A stretch of DNA of 64,000 nt, taken from the NCBI RefSeq assembly GCF_036971445.1, contig NC_091475.1, positions 51,088,001-51,152,000 of the forward strand, written 5' to 3'. Source of the DNA: Narcine bancroftii. Lineage: Eukaryota. Positions 10,852-23,241 of the stretch are shown here, piece by piece (position 1 is the stretch's first letter; every line of letters starts with the position of its first letter). The notes under the pieces were generated by a model, which saw only the letters and a program-made list of their open reading frames with translations, was not told where the DNA came from and made no database searches. The position numbers were made by a program, and so were the translations under genes.

Positions 10852-12154
10852 AATACTATAATCTCTTTTCTTCAATCTATGGAGTCCCATCTTCTTTTTA
10901 AATTTTCTACTAATTCATCTCCTAAGAAAATAGAGTCAGATTACTGGCAGTTTATTTCAGGTGAAGAAGTTTCATGGAAGGAATGAGCTTGATTTGCTGA
11001 AGGGCATTTTTCTATGTTGAGCACAAGTTATTTCATGTAGTGCAATTTAGTTGTGCATATCATGGCATTCTTAAATTGGGTTGAATCAGCCATCTTGATT
11101 GAAAAGGATTTTTTAAGTGTTAAACAGCTGGATCCTTGAAACAGCACACGAAACCATTCAATTTAACTCTGGCAAGATGCCAACTTTGTGCTGGCTGCTA
11201 TTTATTGTGAACGGATTATCCAATTAATGTTGACTGCACTGTTGGCTATGGATTTTTCAGAATGATTCAGTATCGTGCATTGCTATTGGAAGTTATCTTG
11301 AGTCTAGAGGATGAAGGGAAACTAATCTAGGAAATTATGAAGAATGGTACAACATGAGAAACAAACCATCTGGCTTTTGGACTCTGCATTGGAAGCCATC
11401 CAGCCACATACTCTGAAAGCATTTGGCTAAAAGTTCTGAAATCCAATGAAAGGAATCATAGGAAATGGCTTCATTTCTGCATGATATTCGATGGCTTCAT
11501 GTAACCAATTAAAATGTGAATGCACCATCAAACCTCTTATCCAATGAGATGCAGCAGAAAGATCTCATATGGCTCATTTCATCAGATGTACACTATTTAC
11601 TAAATGACCACCTCTGTCAGTTTGGGCTTCAATTATTTTTCCATTGTCTTATACATCCAGTACTGCTGTGCACATCTCACAGAGTCATTGAGTTCCAAAG
11701 ATGAAGATTTTTTTTTCGAGACAATTCTAGTGTTATCTCTCCATTGCTTTGAGATTCCTGCTGTCAGCTGATCTCATCTAAGTGCCAAGGACAGCAGGGA
11801 AGACATTTTTTTTTCTCAGCCATAAGTTTTGTGTCTTGGAAGTAAATGATATCCTTGACAGGGAGGAGCTTTAGTCACAAATCCACAATCTCATCTTTCA
11901 CATCCAGGAAAAGGAAGATATGCCAGGAGTTCTAATTGTAAACATGTTCACGAAAAGAGACTGAGCATTTTAGTGTGGCCAACTGTTCTTGTTTTTATCA
12001 TTGATGTCCAAATCCTGAAAATCAAGCAAACAAATAACTGAAATTAGCAGAGAAATGTGATCAATGTGATCAATTCTGAGAGGCCAGACATTTGCAATTT
12101 ATATCAATGATCGTGTATCATCAGGCAAACTTGAATATATTATACGATGTCAGA

Positions 12155-12795
12155 TGGCAATTCAGACAGTTCATGTTTATTATCATCTGATTATACTTCT
12201 ACAGCCCAATGAAAGCATCATGGTGCACACAAAAAACACATAATATACAGTACATAATGATCACATAAATAATCAAAATAAATAACTATAAACATTTGGG
12301 ATGGTTTACATGGTTACAGGATTCAGTTATTTAAATCTCACAGCCTGTGAGAAGAAACTATTCCCCAGCATGGCAGTCCTGATTTGAATGCCCCTGTAGT
12401 TCCTTCTTGATGATAGTAGATTAAAGATACTGTGTGCTAGATGTAAAGGATGGACTATAATTTCTCGAGCCTTATTTAAGTAATATTCCCAATAAATGTT
12501 GCCTTCATGGGAAAGGAAGACCCCAGTAATCCTCTTGCAGTTTTAGTTATCCTCTGAATGGACTTCTAGACTGATACTTTGGAGCTATCATATTTCATAA
12601 TGGCAGGCAAACAGGAATGGGTCCAATATCACTGGAAGGTGTGCTTTCATGCATTCCATCACCTGCCCGCTCATAGCACTTAATGTTTGTAGATGTCACT
12701 GCCACTGGGTGGTAGTCGTTTAGTCCAGTTACTGTCACTTTCTTGGGCATATGTGCAAAAGTGATAACGCACCCTTTTGTAGACAGTGGAACAGG
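12155..12795 (-). mobile_element. Rex1/Babar-type LINE fragments
   Basis: Minus strand VTVTGLNDYHPVAVT motif and typical 3' tail (gataataaac..tgaa). Confidence 0.65.
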
Positions 12796-13685
12796 TTAAT
12801 TTCAGGCAAAATCTAGAGGGTTATCGATTTTTATAGATCTCACAATTCCATTTGTTTAACATCATATTGCCTCAGATACAAATGGTCATTTATATAGGTT
12901 TGTTAAACACTGATTAAATGTATCATTGATTTCTGTTGGGTTATGTGAAACTGAGCTCATTTCATTCTGGATTGAATTTATTGTTCTTGAACTCTCCTCT
13001 GCTCTCAATTGCCAGAACAAGACTTCATGTGCTTTTTCTTCTGGTTCATAATGTCATTGTTTAGTTCTTAGAATGTTTTTTTTCCCAATTTTGTAAGTGT
13101 GCAGTGGACTGTACTTGAGTTTTTTGTTTACACGCACTTTATATGATTCTTTGGAGCTGGACTGTTGAAACTTCCTTTCCAATTGCAGAATTTCTGTTTC
13201 CAGTTCTTATATGTCTGCAGTATATTTCTTATTAATATCTTATTTGTGTGAGATTATCTATCTCCTAGAGTAGGCTTTTAATGTGTCCCATTGAATAAAA
13301 CTATACAGAGCAGAGGGACAGTTTATCACACAGAACAACTTCGTCTGATTGGTAATGAATTGGCAAAATTCTGCTTTTTGGAGAGAATTCAGATGCTCTC
13401 TGTATGAATTAGTTGATTTTTCCATCATCAGAATAGAGAGAGTCAGAGGCAAATGATCCGACAAGGTTCTATATGGGTATTCAGATTCTAATGTTCTGTA
13501 AATTAATTGTGTTGATAACAAAAAGAGATCAATCCTAGTATGGAAGTAGTGAGGTGTGGAATAAAAGGAAAAGTCCCAAGTTCGAGGGTGTGTTTGCTTC
13601 CATATATGTCAAATTAAGATCTTTCATAAAACCAAAGTGGTTTAGCCTATTATGAGCTCCTGTTTTAGTAAAATAGGACCATCAC

Positions 13686-14487
13686 TGTAAGGGATAGTGT
13701 AGACAGGAGGAACTGAATGATCATAGTTAACGTTTAACATTTCACACAAGCACCATCACAATGCAATTCACAGCCCAGTGACAATTTGATACATTGGAAG
13801 AACTGAAGGAAGGCTTGTCACAGATTCAATGCATTTGCAAAGACATTGTAATTTTGCTTGGGGAGAACCATTCTGACTGCTGAAAGGAAAACAGCTTTTT
13901 AAAGAAGGCTCTTGTTGCCAGCTGTTTTGTGGAATTCAGAGCAAAGCATATTCTATGAACGACTGAGCCTTTTTGGTGGATTTACCTGTCCCAGAATAGT
14001 CTTTTGGGAAGCAAAGTGCTTAATTTTGAGTGTGACTAACAGTGAGGGTCACTTGGAGAGACTGGTGCCATGATCTTGGAAGCTTCATTGAGGCTGCCCA
14101 GTTTGAGCCTCACCTACAAAAGGACCAGGAGTGTTGTAACCACAGCTTATGCGGATGGATGTTTCTTCAAAGGCAACGCAAGGAGAATTGTGAGCCTGTA
14201 GCAGCCAGAACTCCAGTCTTTTCATCAGTTCAACATTAATTCTGGGCATCAAATTTCAAAGGCCCATGCTTTAAAAGTCTGAACTTTAAAGTAGCTTTCT
14301 AAATTTTGGCCTGAACTGTGTAATGGTTTGGGTATAACTAAGATGCATAGTTGGGGATAGATTTAGTGTTAAGGATAGTTTAAAAGTTAAGACTGTAGTT
14401 CAAGAGTTAGAAATAAAATTATTGTTTTAAAATTAAACACTGTCTGGTTCATTGACTATTGCTGCTTGTTACGTGTGGTTCATTACA
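13686..14487 (+). mobile_element. Probable solo LTR
   Basis: TGTAA..TTACA inverted ends, AATAAA/ATTAAA 55-75 nt before the end; no TSD found. Confidence 0.5.
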
Positions 14488-14519
14488 GGTCATTTTTATT
14501 TTGGATACTGTTTGCATTG

Positions 14520-16643
14520 ATTTGTCCAGAATAGGGTCCAAACAAAAATTGAAGTCACTCTCTGCAAGTATATTTTGTCGTCCCCTGAAACCTTGAGGAA
14601 CATATCTTTAATAAAGGATTCATCATCATAATTAGGTGTGTATAGGTTCAAAAAATACCCCATGACATCTGTAAAGCTGACAATTAACTAATTCATATCA
14701 GCCTGAAAGATCAATTATAGCTTCTCCAATTGTTGCTGTTATGTTTTGTTTATCAGGATGGCTACCCCTCTGGCTTTGGAATTGTAAGATGATATTACAT
14801 GTCCACTCTCTCCTGAGTTTCTTACATTCCTGTGTAGTAAGGTGGGTTTCTTGTTCAAAGGGAATATCGGTTTTCTTTTTTTTTCAGGTGAGCTAAGACT
14901 TGTTTCCTCTTAACTTTTCCATTCCCCCTCACACCCACCCACCCACCACATACACATGACCTCCTGTAGAATCTCCATGCTGGTTAACAACAGCACTGAC
15001 ATGGTTAACAAATTTAAAAATAAGACTAAAAATAAAAATAAAAAGCCCTCCCTAACCCCCCCCCCCCCCACTTCCAATGTCGACCTGTGAACATTCAACA
15101 TTACCTCCCCCATTAGACTGGGATGTGCATATTTGCACTCACTAAGTATAGCATATCTGAGTAACATTTTACCCTGCCCAGGGCTCCTATCTCAAAAATA
15201 TAAACTATTACATAAAATTTTTCAATGTTGAATGTAACATTGCTTTTTTTTTAAAAACAAAATGCTCAACTAAGAAACAATTACTGTGAAAATCAGTCGC
15301 CATAAAAAAAACTAGTCACTTTAAATTGGTTTATATTGGAACTCTCCTATCTATTGTAGGTGGGAAAACTGACTACAGTTTAAGGCACAAATTCTCGGCA
15401 ATTCGTGAGGACCACGATTGCCTATCCAATTTTCCTCCACCTGCTTTTGCTCGCCATTTTATTTTCCTCCTGGCCAATTATGCAAGAGTGTCATTGCTTC
15501 CCTGGGCACCTTGAAGAATTTTTTCCTTCCATCAGGGTTTACAACCCTCAGTGTTGCTGGATGAAACAAGGCAAATGGGTATTCTTAGACCAAGTTTCTT
15601 CTTTACCTGGTCGAACTCCCTTCTCTGCTTCATTAGACCTGCACTTAGATCAGGAAAACATAACTCTGGCCCGTTGTCATACGTAATGGGGCCCTTGTCT
15701 TCTCTCGCATTAGATTTTTATCTTGGTCCTGATACCTCAACAGACCTATCAGTATGTGTCTTGGTCTCTGGCCCACAGATGTGCCAAGTGCAGAGACTCG
15801 ATGGGCTCTTTCAAACACTATTTGTTCATTAAAGTCTTCTCGTCCCAGATTATCTGGGATCTATCTTTTAAAAAATTTTGCAACATCCTTTCCCTCAGAC
15901 CCTTCCTTGAGGTTAACAATACAGACATTGTTTTACCTGCTGTAATTTTCTAGCTGGTCCACTTTTACCAGCAGGAAGTCATTGTTCTTTAGCATCTCAA
16001 GGGAGGAGCCCATCTCTGTTATTTGGTCCTCTGCCATCCCAATGTGCTCCTCCATGACAGCCATTTGGGTGGCCAACTGTTTAAACATGACTTTAAGTCC
16101 TGAGATGGACAGGGTAAACTCCTCCATTTGGGCATCTAATTTATTAGAGAGAACTTCATTACCACTGAATCTCTCTCCTTCAGAGAGCTCCTGAGCTGGA
16201 CATGCCAGGGATGGATCTCTCTGCAGACCTTGAGGCTTTTGTGGCAGCCATCTTACTGTTTTGCTGACATCCCTTTGCTGAGATGGATTCCACTATCAAA
16301 GCTGGATTCTGGTCAGTTACTGTATTTCTTTGTTTAAGTCCGTGTTTCTTTCTCATGTTCTAGGCATGTAACTAGTTTAAAGATGATTTTGTGTTTTTAC
16401 AGTTTTAAATGGCCACCATCTTGCTGTTTTGCCAATCTCCCATTGCTGGGATGAACTTGACTATTAAGGTTGAATTATAGTCAGTACCTGTTTTTTTTCC
16501 TTTCGCTTGAATCTTCATTTCTTGCTTTAGTTGTTCAGCTAATTTAAAGGCAATTTTGAGCATTTTTAACAGTGTTTAACTGAATTTTTCTGAGGAGCCC
16601 TGGGATTTGTGCCCTCTTATCTCCATTACATCATGTGACTCCC
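14520..16643 (-). mobile_element. L1-clade LINE 5' part (5'UTR, ORF1, start of ORF2 endonuclease)
   Basis: ORF1 motifs VDQLENYSR.NNV.IVNLKEG.EG and FERAHR; 5' end gggagtcacatgatg; endonuclease remnant (QETHL, Y.PNYDD). Confidence 0.85.
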
Positions 16644-16878
16644 AGCATATTAATTTTTGAAGGAAAAAAAAACTAACAGTGCTGTGGGAGAGTCATTTTA
16701 ACCCTTTTGTACATAGTTAATTGTCTCCTTCTCAGTAATATTTTTCGATCATTCTTGTAATCATTTGAGGTACACTGAAAAAATATACATCATCTCACTT
16801 GAAATGTAAAGTTAATTCCTCATTTATACCATTGCTATGTGCTTTCAGAAACTAATTGTGTTCTATTATATTCTGTAG

Positions 16879-17009
16879 GCACTGTGGATGCATTCAGTGA
16901 TTTGGAATGTGAAGTAGTCTGGCATCCATCGTTCTTCTCCCCTGGGAAAGGTGAATTTGATCTTATTGTGCATGACGGGGCAAAGACCAGATTGAAGTGT
17001 GTTGTTGAG
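16879..17009 (+). CDS. CFAP47: CFAP47 exon (GTVDAFSDLECEVVW..RLKCVVE)
   Basis: tgtag| acceptor, gag|gtacaa donor; 131 nt, phase 1 to 0. Confidence 0.92.
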
Positions 17010-17503
17010 GTACAAGATTACATCTAATTGTGCAGATCATTTTTAAGTTCTTTTATATGAATGGAATTGAAATATATCCTTTGTTTATATAATTTATCAC
17101 TGAATGCAGATTCCCTTTGTTTGATAAAAGGTGGCTTATCTACTTGATGCACTTGGCTAGATCATACTCTGATGTAGGATATGATTTTGCAGAGGCACCT
17201 GCCATTTATTGTCTGCTATTGAGCGTGTCATTGACTTGTATGGGATGCACGCAGTCAGATGCCAATGCATCTTATTTCTAGTTTGGTGGCTAGAGATGAG
17301 GTTGAGTTCAGAGTTGTAGATTGGTTGTCCAGATGCACTTCATATCAGGGCACTTGGAGAGTGGTCTCATACAGTCACCAAGCTGGAATGAAAATGGAAC
17401 AAGTGGAAGTAGTTTGTTTTTATTTTTCCATTATTTATATTTTTGATTAATTTACATCACATAGCTGTGACTTGAAATGTATTTGCTTTATTTTTTAATA
17501 TTA

Positions 17504-17821
17504 TTACCAGCAGGAAGTCATTGTTCTTTAGCATCTCAAGGGAGGAGCCCATCTCTGTTATTTGGTCCTCTACCATCCCAATATGCTCCTCCGTGGCAGC
17601 CATTTGAGTGGCCAACTGTTTGAACATGATTTTAAGTCCTGAGATGACAGGGTAAACTCCTCCATTTGGGCATCTAATTTATTAGAGAGAGCTTCATTAC
17701 CACTGAATCTCTCTCCTTCAGTGGTTGCTCCTGAGCTGGACTTGTGCCAGGGATGGATCTCTCTGCAGACCTTGAGGTTTTTGTGGCAGCCATCTTTGCT
17801 ATTTTGCTGACATCCCTTTGC
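17504..17821 (+). repeat. Direct duplicate of 15965-16278 (internal L1 ORF1 piece)
   Basis: Colinear match, roughly 94% identity by eye. Confidence 0.9.
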
Positions 17822-18319
17822 CGTTTTTAAAAAATTAAATGTTTTGACATTTTAAATGCTCTGATTATCTGCAATCTGCTAGCCCTCCAAGTTTCAGTGC
17901 TGTCCACTGTTGCTCAAAACATAGCACAAAGAAACATAATGGAACTCCTGGATGGAGCATTCTTAAGTGTGCCTCCATTTCTGATTAAATAGAACCACAT
18001 ATGTATCAGTTGGATTCCTTGCTGAATAATACTTCAGTTATCATATGCCAAAAACACTCACCTGAACTGCACTGCTCGGATTCCTAACGTGCCTGGTTTT
18101 TTAAGGAGTATCACTGGTTTCCGAACTATCAGATCAGTTACATCATGGGGAGTGAACTGCCCAATGCAAATATTTTAACAGTTGTGTTAGAATTTTTTCT
18201 AAGATTACATAAGCATCCTTTTGTACTATAACCAGATTGATGAAATGGAAACTGTTCAAGCTGACAATCTTGTTGGATGATCTGGGGATGTCAAAATTGA
18301 TACTTGTGTAAACTTGAGT

Positions 18320-19520
18320 AAAAACACACTAAAATGCTGGAGGAACTCGGTTGGTCTTTCACTGTCCATAGGAGGCAAAGATATATTGCCAACATTTCTG
18401 GCCTGAGCCCTTCTTCAAGGAATAAGTAAAGAATAAGTGGAATAAGCAAAATACAAGTTCTCTCAGAATAGAGACTGTGTTGGCTGGGGGAGGAGTCTAG
18501 AACAAAAAAAAGTGTTAATTGTCTATGATAAGGGGAGAGGTGAGAATTGATTTTGTCTGTGTGAAAGGATACAGGGAAAAGGGAGAGAGAGAGATTAGAA
18601 AAGGCGATGGGGTGGGGGGGTGGGAGGAGTGGTTTGGTTTAACGAAAGCTAGAGAAGCAACATTAATGCCATCTGGTTGGAGGTGCCCAGTTGGAAAATG
18701 AGGTGTTCCTCTAATTTGCAGGTGGTCTCAATCTGGTAGTGCATGAGACCATGGATAGACATGTCAGCACGGGAATGGGATGGGGAATTGAAATGGGTGG
18801 CCACTGCCATCCACACTATTGTGGTGGACAGAGCTGAGGTGCTTAACAATGTGATCTCCCAGTCTGCACCCAGTCTCTCCAATATAGAGGAGACCACAAC
18901 AGGAGCTCCAGATGCAATAAATGACCCTTGGAAGCTTCACTTGGAAACACTGTTTGGGGCCCCAAAATGGTGGTGAGGGAGAAGGTGTGGGTGCAAGAGG
19001 AGTCTATCCTGCGATCACAGAGGTAGGTACCAAGGGGATGATTGGTAGGGAGGAGTGGACAAGGGAGTCATGGAGGGAGCGGTCCCTGCAGAAGGCAGAG
19101 AGGAGGCATGAGGGGAATGCGTGTCTAGTGGTGGAATCACTTAGTAGGTGGCAGAAATGGTGGAGGAGGATGTGTTGTATGTGGAGGCTGGTGGGGTGGT
19201 AGGTTAGGACAAAAGGAATCCTGTCCTTGTTGCACATGGGCCAGGAAAGATGTGCGAGTAATGGAGAATATGCGAGTGAGTGCTGAGTTGATAGTGGGAG
19301 AGGGAAAGGAGAAGGAAGTCTCTGATGATCTGGCATGGAAGTCCTTGTCCTGGGTGCAGGTGCAATGGAGATGGAGGAATTGAGAGAATGAAATGGGATC
19401 CTAATGGGACAGGTGTGAAGAGATGTAGTTGAGGTAGATGTGGGTGTGGTGGGTTTGTAGAAGATGTCTGTTGAGAGTTTGTCTCCAGAGATAGAGACAG
19501 AGAGATCGAGGAAAGGGAGA
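18320..19520 (-). mobile_element. Penelope-like element, 3' part (RT thumb plus GIY-YIG endonuclease end)
   Basis: KDRIPFVLTYHP, VATHFNSPSHS..KLEEHLIF.LG motifs; terminal repeat with hammerhead-like core. Confidence 0.85.
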
Positions 19521-19524
19521 CTGT

Positions 19525-19810
19525 TGCTCGGATGGGTGGGCGGATGGGGCCTTGGTGAGAGTCCGTGGTCAGGATATCAGGAGCTCTGATGGGTGTGACT
19601 GGGGCATTGGGAGCTTCAATGGGAGGGCAGTTGGATGTTTGGTGAGAGTCCATGGTCGGGACTGGGATCTCGCATTGGTGAGTGGCCAGGACATCAGGAA
19701 CTTGGTTGGGCAGGGGGTCTGGGTTTAAACAAGAGTCCACATCTGGGGTGTTGGGGGCTCAGGTGGGTGGACGGCTGGGGCATCAGGAGCTCTGAAGGAT
19801 GAGTGACCTG
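19525..19810. repeat. G-rich degenerate mosaic repeat
   Basis: Recurring blocks ttggtgagagtccRtggtcRgga (2x, ~87 bp apart) and atcaggaRct (3x). Confidence 0.6.
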
Positions 19811-19999
19811 GATCACACTAACACTGTGCTGATTATGATTACACAGCTCACAACATGCCACAATCACAAGGCACACCCACTAACACTACCATTGTGAGCA
19901 CCGGCTTGTATGATTCCTGTCTCAACCAACATATTTCCTCGAGTCACGCATTATATGTCAAAGAGCCATATGTGGCTCACGATTATGGGGTTTGGCCAC

Positions 20000-20860
20000 T
20001 CTTGCTCCATAGCAACCATACAGCACTGTGATGCAACCTGCCAGGATGCTATCAATGGGGATCCTGTAGAAAATGGACTTCAGGATGCCCACCTCAATCT
20101 TCTCAGGAAATACAGTCACTGTTGTCCTTTCCTAACAAGTGAAGAGATGTTGTATATCCAGAATAGGTCATTTCTTAAGTGGATTTCGGGAACTTGATGC
20201 TCTTCTCTCTCTCCACTACTGAGCTATGAATGTATAGTGGAGGCTGATTGTCCCTATTCCTCCTGATGTCCACAATCATCTCCTTTGCCTTGTCCATGTT
20301 GAGACTCGGGTTGTTATTCTTGCACCATTTCACAAACAAGTCATTGTTGTGCTGATGAGGCGAACTACTGAAATGCCTTCTGCAAACATGATGACTCTGT
20401 TGGATCTGGTGTTGCAGTAGCATGAACAAGAGCAGGCTGAGTACACAGAACTGAGGTATGTCAGTGCGCAGTATGATCATGTTCGTCATCATGTCTGCCA
20501 ACTTGGACATACTATGGTGTTTCCATTAGTAAGTACAGAATCCAGTTACAGTTACAGAGAGGGGTGTGAGTCCCAGTGATGACAGCTTCTCCACATTCTT
20601 CTGGGGAATGATTGTATTAAACTCCGAGCTGAAGTCTGGTGTATGAGGTGTTGTTTTCCTCATCTGACAGAATAGTGTGGAGCAACAAGGTTAGAGCATC
20701 ATCAGTGGAATGGTTCCATCTGTAGGGGAATTGAAATGGGTCCAGTGTCTCTGGGAGGTGCGCTTTGAAGTGTTTCATCACCAGACGCTCAAAGCATTTC
20801 ACAATGGTGGAGGTCAGTGCCACTGGGTGGTAGTCATGGAGAACTGTTATTGCCTCAAGG
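20000..20860 (-). mobile_element. Rex1/Babar-type LINE RT fragment
   Basis: ALTSTIVKCFERLV, LDPFQFPYRWNHSTDDA, WCKNNNPSLNMDKAKEMIVD. Confidence 0.85.
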
Positions 20861-21331
20861 ATGCCATTTCACTGCAGAGATAATCGGAGTGATGCCTACG
20901 TGTTGTGGGCATGGCTGGCGCCACAAAGAAGGTCCAAGGTCACTCTTTGCATTTAAAATGATCTAACTTCAAAATGTGCATTGCATGCTATTGGATGACA
21001 CTGCGTATGCCCTGTGCACTTCATATGTGAAGGCAATCAAATATGTCGGGCACCCAGAATGTACATCTAACTTTATATATGTAACTCACAAGACTTCAAT
21101 CTTGTTTCAATAATGTACAAAAAAATGGGGCTCCATTTCCCTGCATTGAGCCTTTATATTTTCTGATTTGGTCCAAAGTCCAGTGTTGAACTTTTCAACA
21201 ACTGTGCAACCACCTGTTACATCTGTCAGATTTCAGATTTGTCCGAGTACCTATAGGACATGGTATATAAATTTGCATGTCTTGAACTATTATTAATCAA
21301 AACCACTTTGTTATTTTTTTTTCATTTAAAG

Positions 21332-21454
21332 CTTGGTCACATTAATGTTCGCTTTGTTGAGAATCGTGTGGTTTTTAATTCTGCTGCCTTAAACTTAAGT
21401 GCAATGAAGACAGCTCTTCTCAAAAATTATGGGCAAAACCATGCATACTTTAAG
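21332..21454 (+). CDS. CFAP47: CFAP47 exon (LGHINVRF..LKNYGQNHAYFK)
   Basis: T-rich tract plus aaag|, aag|gtatgt donor; 123 nt, phase 0 to 0; GQNHAYFK motif. Confidence 0.92.
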
Positions 21455-22159
21455 GTATGTCATTAAATTAGTTTTCAATTGAGTCTATTGTGAAATTTAG
21501 ATAAGTATTTGCAAAACTATTGCTGAATTTTGTATGATAACGAAAAATTTTAAATTTTAGTTTAAATTACAAAGAGTTTAACAGAATTAAATTCCAGTGT
21601 TTCACAAAAATAACATTGGATCAAATGAATTGGAGGGAAGCAATTCAATAAAAAACAAATTTTACGCATGATATAGAACATTAAAGTGCAGCACAGGACC
21701 TTCAGCCCACAATGTAGTGCAGACCTATTTTGATATTTTTGAAATAGTGAAAGGGGAATTGCTGCCAACATTAAAAAGAGTAGGTATGGTGTTGCTCGGG
21801 GTTGGGGCATAAGCAAATACAAGGTAATTGGAAATTGGAGTCCTGAGCAGAGACATTGATCTTGCAATTTATTCTTTGTAAAATGAACATTTCAATGATA
21901 ATTATCAACTGAGCTTGAAGAGACTGACAAAAGCTACATGAAGAATTCATCACTAAACAGTGTAAACTGGTCTGTATAATTTCCTAATGTGGGAATTAAA
22001 AGTTGAAATTTAAATCTGCAAAGCATATAATTAAAATAATTTCAGGAATAATATTGTGGTTTAACCCACATCAGAAAATGTAATTCATTTTCCAATAAAC
22101 CTTTGAGCAAGAAACATTAAATTCTTTGAAGAATTCTGATTTTTTTTTTTGACCCCACC

Positions 22160-22470
22160 ATCTTGAATGTGCAAAACCTGTACACATCCATTCCCCATGA
22201 GGAAGACCTCAGAGCTTTATGCTTGAACACAGATCTATCCAGTCCTTCAAACCACCTTCTTCACTTCGTGGAACTTGCCTCAATCTTAACAACTTCTCCT
22301 TTGACTCCTCCCACTTCCCCCAGATCATGGGCACACATGTAGACCTCAGTGACATCTTTTTTATTTTTGTCAGATATAAGGAACAGCCACAATTCCAATC
22401 CTTCTTGGATACCACACCTTAACACTTCCTCTACGACATTAATGACTGCATTGGTGCAAATGTGTCTCCT
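22160..22470 (+). mobile_element. Penelope-like RT fragment
   Basis: LNLNNFSFDSSHFPQIMGT resembles the Penelope-like RT motif (NNFSF.SSHFLQ..G.AMG). Confidence 0.6.
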
Positions 22471-22924
22471 TGATTTTATCAAAACCCTCAGCATTGTATT
22501 CCTTTCAGTCCAATGTTCTTTCACTGAGTGGATAGAATTTTATCCTGAATTCCTGAATGGATTTATGATTATTAAGATTTCAAATTTGGCTTTCCCAGAA
22601 GTAGAGTCATTCAAATCCCTTCATCTATTTAAGATCTTTCTTGTGTCTCAGTTCAACTTCTTCAAAGGTTCTGATAAGTTTCTCTTAAGTTCTGGTTTTA
22701 TTTTTGTAATATTTTTGCATTCTTTCCTGTGCCCCTATTATCAACTTTACAATATGGAGACCAAATTATACACAATACATTAAATATGGTCTCATCAAAG
22801 CTATACTGTACATGTCCAATGTAACTTCTCAACTTTTCAATTCTGTTCATTCATAAAGTAACCCAATGCATAGTTGCAATTTTAACAGTGAGTATGATTT
22901 TAAATTCAATCTTTTTCATCAAAG

Positions 22925-23056
22925 ATCAACAATGTTCATCCTGTGCCTGGAATGATGGTAATTCCTACTCATGGCGTAGTACCTGTTGGAGGTTCCACAT
23001 GTTTAAAAATTTTCTTTCACCCAACTACAAAGTTCAAATTTGATACCAGACTAAAG
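22925..23056 (+). CDS. CFAP47: CFAP47 exon (INNVHPVPGMMVIPTHGVVPVGG..KFDTRLK)
   Basis: aaag| acceptor, aag|gtaaac donor; 132 nt, phase 0 to 0. Confidence 0.9.
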
Positions 23057-23163
23057 GTAAACTTAGATGAAAAACAAATCAGCAATATTATTTTTACAGT
23101 TAAGATTGTTTATAATGCTGAAATTCAGTGTTTTCCATTTAAATATTTATGATATTTTGTCAG

Positions 23164-23241
23164 GTGGACATTCGCAATTCAAATGCATTGAAACTACGGG
23201 TTGGGGGATCAGTGGTACAACCAATGGCTGAAATTGATCTG
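23164..23241 (+). CDS. CFAP47: CFAP47 exon (VDIRNSNALKLRVGGSVVQPMAEIDL)
   Basis: tcag| acceptor after a 107-nt intron, ctg|gttagt donor; 78 nt, phase 0 to 0. Confidence 0.9.
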
